NCBI GenBank assembly: GCA_021846945.1
Contig: JAJZVZ010000004.1
Span: 218-64,217, forward strand
Source: Acidobacteriota bacterium
GTDB lineage: Bacteria > Acidobacteriota > Terriglobia > Terriglobales > Acidobacteriaceae
DNA: 64,000 bases
Direction: 5' to 3'
The notes under the pieces are model-generated. The model searched no databases, was not told the DNA's origin, and saw only the letters and a list, made by a program, of their open reading frames with translations. Shown piece by piece: positions 55,908 through 64,000 of this stretch; the stretch's first letter is position 1; the number at the start of each line of letters is the position of its first letter. Made by a program: the position numbers and the translations under genes.

Positions 55908-57611
55908 ATGAAGCACAGGATTCATCTCGCTTGCCTCACCGCGCTGATCGCTCTCGGCTCCGCTTCCATACCCGGAGCCGCCGCGTCAGTGTCAGGGGTG
56001 GTGTGCAGCTCGGCGGGCGTGCCCCAAATCGGGGCGGTGGTGCAGTTGCTCCGTCCTGACCTGAGCGTGGTTGCCAGCGTCTATACCAACAGCACCGGTC
56101 ATTTCGTCATTGCTTCAGTGGTTCCAGGCCATTATTCCCTGAAGGCTATGGGCCCTTCCTTCCTGCCATCGCTTCGTGAAAATGTGCGCGTGCGTCTCCA
56201 CAGCAGCGCGGTGGTCAACCTGACCCTGAATACGCTCTATGAAGTCATGCAGTGGCTCCCTGCGCAGCCGCGCACTGCGAGAGACCAGGAGGACGACTGG
56301 GCCTGGACACTGCGATCGGCCGCAAACCGGCCGCTCCTGCGCTGGCTTGAAGACGGGCCTCTGGTGGTGGTTTCCGAAGGGCCCGGAAAGCCGCCAAAGT
56401 TGAAGGCGCGCCTGATGGCGACAGGGCAGGCGGGAAGCTTTGGGGAGGATGGCGAGCGAATCTCCACCACGGTGGAAGAAACGCCCAGCGGAAGCCGGGA
56501 ACTGCTGGCGCGGGTGGATTTTTCTCCGGAGACGAACGCCGGCATGGAGTCGATGCTAGGCTTCCGTCAGGATCTCGGCCTGAGCGGCTCGGTCCAGTCC
56601 GTTGCGGCCGTTGCGGTTCATCCCGCGATCACTGCGGGCGCGGCGCAGGGCTTGAATGAGGCGGCCATCCGTACCACGCAGACCATGCACCTGGGCGACA
56701 CGGTGCAGGCGGAGGTTGGTTCCACCCAGGTATTTGCGCGCTTCGCGACGCAGTCTCCCAATACGGCCTTTACATCGCTTCCGTTTGCCTCAGTGGGTTG
56801 GCATGGCGGCAACACCACCATCCGCTACCGCATGTCCACCCTCATGCCCAATCCGGAGGCGATCGACGAATCGGAGCCCGAGGCATGGCTTCCTGCGATC
56901 TCCACCCGCGGTGGCGATCTGGTGGTTGAACGCGGCTTTCATCAGGAGATCGGCTGGGAACGGAGCACGGATGCTTCGGGCATCTCTGTTCAGGTATATG
57001 CCGATAATGTAAAGAATCCCGTTGTTGAGGCGATGGGAAACTTTGCGTCTGCTTCCGGCGACGCCGGGGCTCCGGTTGCCTCAGCCGTCCTCTTTGATAA
57101 CCTGAGCGGCCTCTTCCACACTGCCGGCCCAAACTATTCTTCGGCTGGAGTTCAGGCCAGCGTCGAGCGCCAGCTACCGGGCGGGAACCGCATCCGTCTG
57201 AGCTACGCCAACGGTGAAGCGCTGGTTCTTGCGCCACAGGCTCAACCCGCTTCAATGAATGAGGTGCTGGCCGGCCTGCAACCGCGTCATGCGCAGATGT
57301 ATTCTCTCTCGCTCTCCGGGACAATTGATGGCACGCGAACGCACTGGAGAGCCACCTATCGCTGGCAGCCGGAGAACACCGTCACTGAAGTTGCTCCATT
57401 TGCCTTGAATGCGGATGCTCCCTTCCTGAACCTCCATTTCCGTCAGCCTATTCGCCTGCGCCGTGACAATGCCTGCGGTTTCGAGGCGTTGGTTGATGTG
57501 CAAAACCTGCTCGCTCAGGGCTACCGGCCTTATCTGTTGAGCGACGGCTCGCTCCTCCTCTTCGCCCAGGATCAGCGCGGCTTCCGCGGCGGGCTCGCCT
57601 TTACTTTTTAA
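55908..57611 (+). CDS. Carboxypeptidase-regulatory-like domain protein with probable C-terminal beta-barrel (outer membrane)
   Basis: Signal peptide. VSGVVCSSAGVPQIGAVVQLL..STGHFVIASVVPGHYSLKAMGPSF is a CarboxypepD_reg domain. It ends ..FRGGLAFTF (OMP-like terminal Phe). Confidence 0.7.
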   Translation: MKHRIHLACLTALIALGSASIPGAAASVSGVVCSSAGVPQIGAVVQLLRPDLSVVASVYTNSTGHFVIASVVPGHYSLKAMGPSFLPSLRENVRVRLHSSAVVNLTLNTLYEVMQWLPAQPRTARDQEDDWAWTLRSAANRPLLRWLEDGPLVVVSEGPGKPPKLKARLMATGQAGSFGEDGERISTTVEETPSGSRELLARVDFSPETNAGMESMLGFRQDLGLSGSVQSVAAVAVHPAITAGAAQGLNEAAIRTTQTMHLGDTVQAEVGSTQVFARFATQSPNTAFTSLPFASVGWHGGNTTIRYRMSTLMPNPEAIDESEPEAWLPAISTRGGDLVVERGFHQEIGWERSTDASGISVQVYADNVKNPVVEAMGNFASASGDAGAPVASAVLFDNLSGLFHTAGPNYSSAGVQASVERQLPGGNRIRLSYANGEALVLAPQAQPASMNEVLAGLQPRHAQMYSLSLSGTIDGTRTHWRATYRWQPENTVTEVAPFALNADAPFLNLHFRQPIRLRRDNACGFEALVDVQNLLAQGYRPYLLSDGSLLLFAQDQRGFRGGLAFTF

Positions 57612-57807
57612 GGCTGAAGAACCGGCGCTCCACGAGGCTGACCCTTCTTACTACTTTCAATTGCCCATCGAATCTCCATTCGCTTTGTGCGAATCATCTT
57701 GCAAGTGATTGGCGTGGCGCGCAAGAGCTGCATTCTGTTTTGCGTTCCGCCTGGACTTGCCATGAGCAGCGCGGATATTTAGAGTGGCCCCGGGGGGAAG
57801 TTCTTTC

Positions 57808-59415
57808 ATGCGCAAGACTGCTCTATCCGCTCTTTTGGTCGCTTTTCTTTTTGCCTGCACGACTATTCCGCGGGCTTTGGCTGTTGATGCTCCCCGGCTG
57901 GATAAGAAGGATGGCCGCTATGCTCTTCTGGTTGAAGGCCGGCCTTTTCTGATTCTCGGTGGACAGATTCACAACTCCAGCGCCTGGCCCAGCGAACTGC
58001 CGGAGGTGTGGCAATCTCTTGCCGCGCTTGATGCCAATACCGTGGAAGCGCCTGCCTACTGGGAGCAGATCGAACCCGAGGAAGGGCATTTTGACTTCAG
58101 TAACCTCGATCAGCTCGTCGAAGGCGCCCGCGCGCATCACCTGCACATGGTTCTTCTGTGGTTCGGCACGTGGAAGAACGGCAACATGCAGTACGTGCCG
58201 GTGTGGGTCAAGACTGATCCCAAGCGCTTTCCGCGCATGATCCGGCCCGATGGCCAGCCGACGGATGTGCTCTCGGCCAACTCGCGCGCCAATCTCGATG
58301 CGGACAAGACCGCGTTCACGGCGCTGATGCGCCACCTCAAGCAGATTGACGGTGAGCAGCACACCATCTTGCTGGTGCAAGTCGAGAACGAATCCGGCGG
58401 CATTGGCAGCGTGCGCGATTTTTCGCCCGGGTCGAACCACGAGTTTGCGGGCCAGGTGCCCGCTGATCTTCTCGCCTTGGCGCATAAACAGCCCGGTACA
58501 TGGAACCAGGTCTTCGGCGCGGATGCCGACGAGGTCTTTCAGGCCTATCACCAGGCGAAGTACATGAATGAAATTGCGGAGGCCGGCAAAAAGGAATTCA
58601 ACATCCCGTACTACATGAATGTATGGGTCAGCCATCCCACGGTGGAGCTGCCGCAGCGGCAGGTCGAGTTGCCGGGCATTCTTTATCCCAGCGGAGGTGC
58701 GGTACAGCATCTCATCTGGCTCTGGAAAGGGCTGGCGCCGTCGATCGACATCATCGGACCGGACCTCTACACCACTGATTTCAGCACCTATAAGGAACTC
58801 ATCCAAACGTACCATCGGCCTGACAATCCGCTTTGGATTCCGGAGACCGGAAACAGCGAAAGCTATGCAAAGTTCTTTTTCTACGCGCTTGGCCAGGGAG
58901 CAATCGGATTCTCTCCCTTTGGCGTGGACCATCCGGATGGGAACATCGCCGGCTCCCAGCCGCATGCCGGACATGCGCGCAACTTTGCGCTGATTGGGCC
59001 CATGGACCGCGAGATTGCCCAGCTCGAATTTGAAGGCAAGCTCAAAACAAGCGTGGAGGAGCCCGGGAAGCCAGAGCAGGAACTGGACTTCGGAGAGTGG
59101 CAGGCCGCGGTGGCCTTTGGTTTTCCGCAGGCCGACGGCCGCAACGCTCCGGGGACAAGAGATGCGCGCGGCGTGGTGCTGGTGGCGCAGCTGGGTCCCG
59201 ATGAGTTCCTTGTTACCGGCTTCGATGCGAGCGTCAAATTCCATCTGCCGGGCAAACTTCCCAATATTCGTTCGCAAATCCTTACCGCCGAGCAGGGGAG
59301 TTATGTAAATGGCGTCTGGAAGATGACGCGTTTGTTGAATGGCGACGAAGTGGACCGCGGCTTGCGCTTTTACCAGCAGCCGGAGGTAGTGCGCGTGCGG
59401 ATGGGAAAATTCTGA
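57808..59415 (+). CDS. Glycoside hydrolase, GH35/GH42-like TIM barrel with DUF5597-type C-terminal domain (beta-galactosidase-like), exported
   Basis: Start at ATG 57808 with signal peptide MRKTALSALLVAFLFACTTIPRALA. GGQIHNSS, YWEQIEPEEGHFDFS, LLWFGTWKNG and QVENESG blocks. Confidence 0.8.
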   Translation: MRKTALSALLVAFLFACTTIPRALAVDAPRLDKKDGRYALLVEGRPFLILGGQIHNSSAWPSELPEVWQSLAALDANTVEAPAYWEQIEPEEGHFDFSNLDQLVEGARAHHLHMVLLWFGTWKNGNMQYVPVWVKTDPKRFPRMIRPDGQPTDVLSANSRANLDADKTAFTALMRHLKQIDGEQHTILLVQVENESGGIGSVRDFSPGSNHEFAGQVPADLLALAHKQPGTWNQVFGADADEVFQAYHQAKYMNEIAEAGKKEFNIPYYMNVWVSHPTVELPQRQVELPGILYPSGGAVQHLIWLWKGLAPSIDIIGPDLYTTDFSTYKELIQTYHRPDNPLWIPETGNSESYAKFFFYALGQGAIGFSPFGVDHPDGNIAGSQPHAGHARNFALIGPMDREIAQLEFEGKLKTSVEEPGKPEQELDFGEWQAAVAFGFPQADGRNAPGTRDARGVVLVAQLGPDEFLVTGFDASVKFHLPGKLPNIRSQILTAEQGSYVNGVWKMTRLLNGDEVDRGLRFYQQPEVVRVRMGKF

Positions 59416-59465
59416 AAGCTGCTGCCGGCCACGCGCAAGCAACTTCAAATGGCGAGAGGGCTGTG

Positions 59466-60332
59466 ATGAACCCGAAGGAGATAAGCCGCCGCACGGCTCT
59501 GAAGGCGAGTCTTGCCGCCACCGCGCTGGCATCGATGCCCGGCATGGTGAAGGGCGAAGAGGCGCTGGAAAAGAAGCGTAGAATTCAGCAGTCGGTCTGC
59601 CGGTGGTGCTACCAAAAGATTCCGCTGGATGACCTGTGCCAGTCGGCGGCGCAGATCGGCCTCCTGGGCATTGACCTGCTCGAGCCCGAAGAGTATGAAG
59701 TGCCGCGCAGGTACGGACTCATTTGCACCATGGGCAAAGCCGGTGGCGGCGAGATCAAGAACGCGCTCAACCGCACTGAGAACCACGCCGCGATCGAGGC
59801 CGGTTTTCGCAAGAACATTCCGCTGGCGGCCAAGGCGGGCGTGCCCAACGTCATTACCTTCTCCGGCAACCGCCGCGGCATGAGCGACGACGAAGGTGCG
59901 CGCAATACCGTCATCGGCCTCAACCGCGTAAAGAAGATTGCCGAAGACAACGGCGTCACCATCTGCCTGGAACTGCTCAACAGCAAGATAAATCACCCCG
60001 ATTACATGGCCGATCACACCGCTTGGGGCGTGCGCGTTATGCAGGAGGTCAACTCACCCAATGTGAAGCTGCTCTATGACATCTACCATATGCAGATCAT
60101 GGAGGGCGATCTGATCATGACCATCCGCGCGAACCTTGCATGGATTGCGCACTTCCACACCGGCGGCGTCCCGGGCAGGCATGAGCTTGATGATACCCAG
60201 GAGGTACAATGGGACGGTGTCATGCGAGCCATCGCCGGAGCGGGATTCAAGGGCTATGTGGGGCACGAGTTCATTCCGGTGCGCGATCCCATCACCAGTC
60301 TCCGTGCGGCTTATGAGTTATGCAATGTGTAA
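59466..60332 (+). CDS. Hydroxypyruvate isomerase-like / sugar phosphate isomerase TIM-barrel protein, Tat-exported
   Basis: Twin-arginine signal ..ISRRTALKASLAATALA. ITFSGN, ICLELLN and HFHTGGVPGRHE blocks. Confidence 0.85.
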   Translation: MNPKEISRRTALKASLAATALASMPGMVKGEEALEKKRRIQQSVCRWCYQKIPLDDLCQSAAQIGLLGIDLLEPEEYEVPRRYGLICTMGKAGGGEIKNALNRTENHAAIEAGFRKNIPLAAKAGVPNVITFSGNRRGMSDDEGARNTVIGLNRVKKIAEDNGVTICLELLNSKINHPDYMADHTAWGVRVMQEVNSPNVKLLYDIYHMQIMEGDLIMTIRANLAWIAHFHTGGVPGRHELDDTQEVQWDGVMRAIAGAGFKGYVGHEFIPVRDPITSLRAAYELCNV

Positions 60333-60425
60333 GCCTCGTCCGCTGTGTATCTCTTCGCGGAACTGAGGAGTGCCCTATCTTTCAAACCTATTGCAATGCG
60401 CAGTCAGTGGAGGGTCGAACAAGTC

Positions 60426-61466
60426 ATGAAGTCTTTGCTTCTTTCTGAATACAGCCATCTTGAAATCGCGGATATGCCAGTGCCTGCCGTTGGTGCAGAG
60501 GAAGTTCTGGTGCGGGTCGAGGCATGCGGCATCTGCGGCAGCGATGTGCACGGCTATGATGGCTCGTCAGGCCGGCGCATTCCGCCGATTGTGATGGGCC
60601 ATGAGGCAGCGGGCACCATAGCTGCGGTCGGTTCGGCTGTGCGGGGATTCAAAGAGGGCGACCGTGTCACCTTCGACTCCACGGTCTACTGCGGCGAGTG
60701 CCAGTACTGCGCGCGCGGCGAGATCAACCTCTGCGACAATCGCCAGGTGATCGGCGTCTCCTGCGGCGACTACAGGCGTCACGGCGCATTTGCCGAGTAT
60801 GTTGCCATCCCGCAGCGCATTCTTTATCACCTTCCGGATCACTTCGATTTCGCTGAGGCCGCCATGCTCGAGGCGGTCTCGGTGGCGCTGCACGGTGTGC
60901 GCGTTTCGCTGGCATCGGGTGGCGAAACCGCGCTGGTCATCGGAGCGGGAATGATCGGCCTGCTCACCCTGCAGGCCGCGCGCGCCGCGGGCTGTGCGCG
61001 CGTATTCATTACGGACGTCGATGAGACCCGGCTGAATCTGGCCAGGCAGGTTGGCGCCGATGAGGCCCTGCACCTTTCGGGGGATGAACTTGCTGCTGAA
61101 GTGAAGAGGTTGACCGGCGGCCATGGCGTGGATCTGGCCTATGAGGCGGTGGGAAGAAACGAGACCGTTGCCGCGGCCATCGATTGCACGCGCAAAGGAG
61201 GCACGGTGACTCTGATCGGCAATATCGTGCCGGAAGTGACCCTGCCACTGCAAAAGGTGGTTACGCGCCAGCTCCGCTTGCAGGGTTCCTGCGCCTCGGC
61301 CGGCGAGTATCCGCAGGCCATCGACCTGATTGCCAGCGGCAAGATCAAAGTGAAGCCGCTCATTACCGCGGTGGCGACTCTTGAAGATGGTCCGGGCTGG
61401 TTCGATCGGTTGCACGCGCGCGAGCCAAATTTGATGAAGGTGATTCTGACTCCGAGGGAAAAATGA
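60426..61466 (+). CDS. Zinc-dependent alcohol/polyol dehydrogenase (MDR family, sorbitol/threonine-dehydrogenase-like)
   Basis: Start at ATG 60426. VEACGICGSDVH catalytic Zn motif. Structural Zn cysteines CGECQYCARGEINLC. Rossmann block VIGAGMIGL. Confidence 0.85.
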   Translation: MKSLLLSEYSHLEIADMPVPAVGAEEVLVRVEACGICGSDVHGYDGSSGRRIPPIVMGHEAAGTIAAVGSAVRGFKEGDRVTFDSTVYCGECQYCARGEINLCDNRQVIGVSCGDYRRHGAFAEYVAIPQRILYHLPDHFDFAEAAMLEAVSVALHGVRVSLASGGETALVIGAGMIGLLTLQAARAAGCARVFITDVDETRLNLARQVGADEALHLSGDELAAEVKRLTGGHGVDLAYEAVGRNETVAAAIDCTRKGGTVTLIGNIVPEVTLPLQKVVTRQLRLQGSCASAGEYPQAIDLIASGKIKVKPLITAVATLEDGPGWFDRLHAREPNLMKVILTPREK

Positions 61467-62260
61467 ACGAATCGATTTTTGACTTGACCGGGCAGGTGGC
61501 AATTGTTACCGGCACCAGTCGCGGCTTGGGGCAGTATTTCGCGCGCGCGCTGGCTAAGGCCGGCGCCGACCTAGTGCTTACCAGTCGCAAACGCGAGACT
61601 CTGGCCCCGTTTGAAGCGGAGATGAAGGCGCTGGGAAGGCGGACGCTGACGCTGGAACTCGATGTGCGCAACCACGAGAGTATTCAGAAGATGGCGGCGG
61701 ATGCGGTCGCGGCCTTCGGGCAGATTCACATCCTGGTGAACAATGCCGGCTGCAACATCCGCAAGCCGGCTCTTGATGTTACCTGGGACGATTGGAATAC
61801 CATCCTCGATACGAATCTTCGCGGTAGCTTTTTTGTAGCGCAAGCCGTCGCCCGGGGAATGATTGAGAAAGGCTACGGCCGCATAATCAATATTGGCTCT
61901 GTCACAAGCGTTGCCGGCTATGCCGGGCTGGCCCCCTACGGCGCGAGCCGCGGCGGCATCCGGCAATTGACGATGAGCCTCGCCGATGATTGGGGTAAGT
62001 TCGGAGTAACAGTCAACTGCCTCGCTCCAGGCTGGTTCCGTACCGAGCAGAACAAAGTGCTCTACGAAAACAAGGAGTGGCTCGACTATCTTGTGGACCG
62101 CATTCCAGTGAAGCGCCCCGGCCAGCCGCATGATCTGGATGGCGCGGTTGTCTTCCTCGCCTCCGAGGCAAGCCGATATGTTACCGGGCAAACGCTGCTG
62201 GTAGATGGCGGCATCTCTACCGGCGCCACGAGAGCAACGGTGCCTGCGAAAAGCGCTTGA
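61463..62260 (+). CDS. SDR family oxidoreductase (gluconate-5-dehydrogenase / KduD-like)
   Basis: TGTSRGLG cofactor motif and NNAG. The active-site region reads YGASR instead of the usual YxxxK. ATGA overlap with the upstream ADH gene. Confidence 0.85.
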   Translation: MNESIFDLTGQVAIVTGTSRGLGQYFARALAKAGADLVLTSRKRETLAPFEAEMKALGRRTLTLELDVRNHESIQKMAADAVAAFGQIHILVNNAGCNIRKPALDVTWDDWNTILDTNLRGSFFVAQAVARGMIEKGYGRIINIGSVTSVAGYAGLAPYGASRGGIRQLTMSLADDWGKFGVTVNCLAPGWFRTEQNKVLYENKEWLDYLVDRIPVKRPGQPHDLDGAVVFLASEASRYVTGQTLLVDGGISTGATRATVPAKSA

Positions 62261-62554
62261 GATGGAAGGTTGTTCGTAGTCCTTCGATGTGAATTGAGGG
62301 CAGTAGGTAAGGATGGCTTCCAGCGGTCTCTCGCAGGTTGACGGTAACGATCGCTCGCTGTTTTTTCTTTAGGCGCCGGTCCTGGACTCCCGGCATGACC
62401 TTTTAATAGTGTGCCGCAACGCTCCCGCAGATTTAACTTGCATTTTGCAAGGGAAGTCGGGAAAATCGCTCATCGGCGTTTCCCAATCCCGGGTGACCAG
62501 ACCCGGGACGCCGGCGCCGCGTGAGCACCCAGTGGCGGCAGCAAGGAGGTCGCA

Positions 62555-63736
62555 ATGAGCAAAGTTCGTGTGTTGGTCGGAACACGCAAAGGCGCGTTCG
62601 TTCTGACGGCAGATGGCAAGCGGAAGGATTGGACGGTCAGCGGGCCGTTTTTCGCCGGGTGGGAGATCTATCACATGAAAGGCTCACCCGTAGATCCGAA
62701 CCGCATTTATGTTTCGCAGACAAGCGGATGGTTCGGGCAGTTGATTCAGAGGTCCGACGATGGCGGCAAGACATGGCATCAACCTGGCTTGCCGGATGAA
62801 GCCTTGCCCGCCCCCGGCCCGCCCAGAGCGTTGCCAAACAGGTTCGCCTACGATGCATCGGCTGAGACGGGCAAGCCGATGACCACCCACCAGTGGTACG
62901 ACGGCACGCAGCATCCGTGGGAGTTTAAGCGCGTGTGGCATCTGGAGCCGTCGCTTACGGATCCTGGCACGGTCTACGCCGGGGTGGAAGATGCGGCACT
63001 GTTCCGCTCCACCGACGGCGGCGAGAACTGGCGTGAGTTGCCGGGCCTGCGCGGCCACGGCACGGGTCCCAAGTGGCAGCCGGGCGCGGGTGGCATGGGC
63101 CTGCACACCATCATTCTCGACCCCAGCAACCCGGACCGGATCTTCATCGCCATCTCCGCGGCAGGGGCCTTCCGCACTGATGACGGTGGCGCGACGTGGA
63201 AGCCCATCAATAAAGGCCTCGTTTCGAACTTCATGCCCAATCCAACGGCGGAGGTGGGTCACTGCGTTCACCATGTGGCGATGCATCCTTCGCGGCCGGG
63301 CGTGCTCTTCATGCAGAAGCACTGGGACGTCATGCGCTCCGACGACGCGGGTGACAACTGGCGGGAGGTAAGCGGCAACCTGCCCACCGACTTTGGTTTT
63401 GCCATCGACGTGCACGCGCATGAGCCGGAGACGCTTTACGTTGTGCCCATCAAGAGCGACTCGGAGCATTTTCCTCTGGGCGGAGCGCTGAAAGTGTATC
63501 GCAGCCGTACCGGCGGCAATGAGTGGGAGCCGCTGACGAAGGGACTGCCGCAGAAGGACTGCTACGTGAATGTGCTGCGCGACGCCATGGCCGTGGATAA
63601 ACTCGACGAATGCGGCATCTACTTCGGCACCACCGGCGGGCAGGTGTATGCCACCGCAGACTCGGGCGAAAGCTGGACGCCGATCGTCCGCGACTTGCCG
63701 GCGGTGCTTTCCATCGAGGTGCAGACGCTCGAATGA
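62555..63736 (+). CDS. BNR/Asp-box repeat beta-propeller protein (sialidase-like fold, no signal peptide)
   Basis: Five Asp-box repeats read directly: [42 protein letters not shown] sequence AAGGAGG lies 6 nt upstream. Confidence 0.8.
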   Translation: MSKVRVLVGTRKGAFVLTADGKRKDWTVSGPFFAGWEIYHMKGSPVDPNRIYVSQTSGWFGQLIQRSDDGGKTWHQPGLPDEALPAPGPPRALPNRFAYDASAETGKPMTTHQWYDGTQHPWEFKRVWHLEPSLTDPGTVYAGVEDAALFRSTDGGENWRELPGLRGHGTGPKWQPGAGGMGLHTIILDPSNPDRIFIAISAAGAFRTDDGGATWKPINKGLVSNFMPNPTAEVGHCVHHVAMHPSRPGVLFMQKHWDVMRSDDAGDNWREVSGNLPTDFGFAIDVHAHEPETLYVVPIKSDSEHFPLGGALKVYRSRTGGNEWEPLTKGLPQKDCYVNVLRDAMAVDKLDECGIYFGTTGGQVYATADSGESWTPIVRDLPAVLSIEVQTLE

Positions 63737-64000
63737 TTCGCGTAGTTCTGCCATACCACTTGCGCAATCTGGCGGGCGTGGGAGCCGAGGTAAGCATTGA
63801 GGTCGCCGCACCCGTCACGCTGCGCGCAGTGCTGGATGCGCTCGAAGTCCGCTACCCGATGCTGCGCGGCACCATTCGCGACTATGGTACCGGCCGGCGC
63901 CGGCCGTTTCTGCGTTTCTTTGTGTGCGAAGAAGATTGGTCACACGAGGCTTCGGATGTGGAACTGCCGGAAGCGGTTGCGGCGGGGCGCGAGCCTCTGC
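63733..64000 (+). CDS. MoaD/ThiS-like beta-grasp protein, 3' end off the window
   Basis: Not in the track because there is no stop in the window. Hand translation from ATG 63733: [89 protein letters not shown]. The pattern resembles MoaD/ThiS. ATGA overlap with the BNR gene. Confidence 0.55.
   Translation, partial: MIRVVLPYHLRNLAGVGAEVSIEVAAPVTLRAVLDALEVRYPMLRGTIRDYGTGRRRPFLRFFVCEEDWSHEASDVELPEAVAAGREPL

Overview
The window is GC-rich (about 60% by eye) bacterial chromosome. Gene content suggests Acidobacteriota (Terriglobia-like): TonB-dependent receptors with carboxypeptidase-regulatory N-domains, a GWxTD protein, many Tat/Sec-exported sugar enzymes and many lipoproteins. This taxon call is inference only. 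I could support about 45 protein genes.

Housekeeping genes:
- sucA (partial), nusB-ribH, nagB, gcvH-gcvPA-gcvPB, obg and rnj.

Other gene groups:
- One VapBC-type toxin-antitoxin pair.
- A protease cluster: M48 plus an exported TldD/PmbA pair.
- Several glycan-utilisation modules: two divergent TonB-dependent receptors, GH105, ThuA, sulfatase, a GH35/DUF5597-like hydrolase, Tat-exported TIM-barrel/Gfo-Idh-MocA enzymes, Zn-ADH and SDR.
- A MacA/MacB-ATPase pair without a permease.
- Several large surface lipoproteins of unknown function.

I saw no rRNA, tRNA, CRISPR array, transposase, integrase or phage genes. Most long ORFs in the track that lie opposite these genes are GC-rich antisense shadows.

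Most unusual observations:
1. Short arrays of a CTGAnnn heptamer that place TGA in all three frames recur at several intergenic sites. They bracket a structured insert between gcvH and gcvPA and abut the obg start codon.
2. ribH carries an in-frame N-terminal extension of about 130 aa that looks VOC/glyoxalase-like.
3. An orphan two-gene cassette of unknown function lies after rnj.
4. A decayed AT-richer 1.4-kb region holds a GH43 N-terminal remnant and a small Cys-rich ORF.
5. A GWxTD protein is paired with a CarboxypepD_reg/beta-barrel protein.
6. A BNR beta-propeller gene is translationally coupled to a MoaD/ThiS-like gene at the window edge.

All functional calls come from motif recognition by eye. 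No database search was possible.
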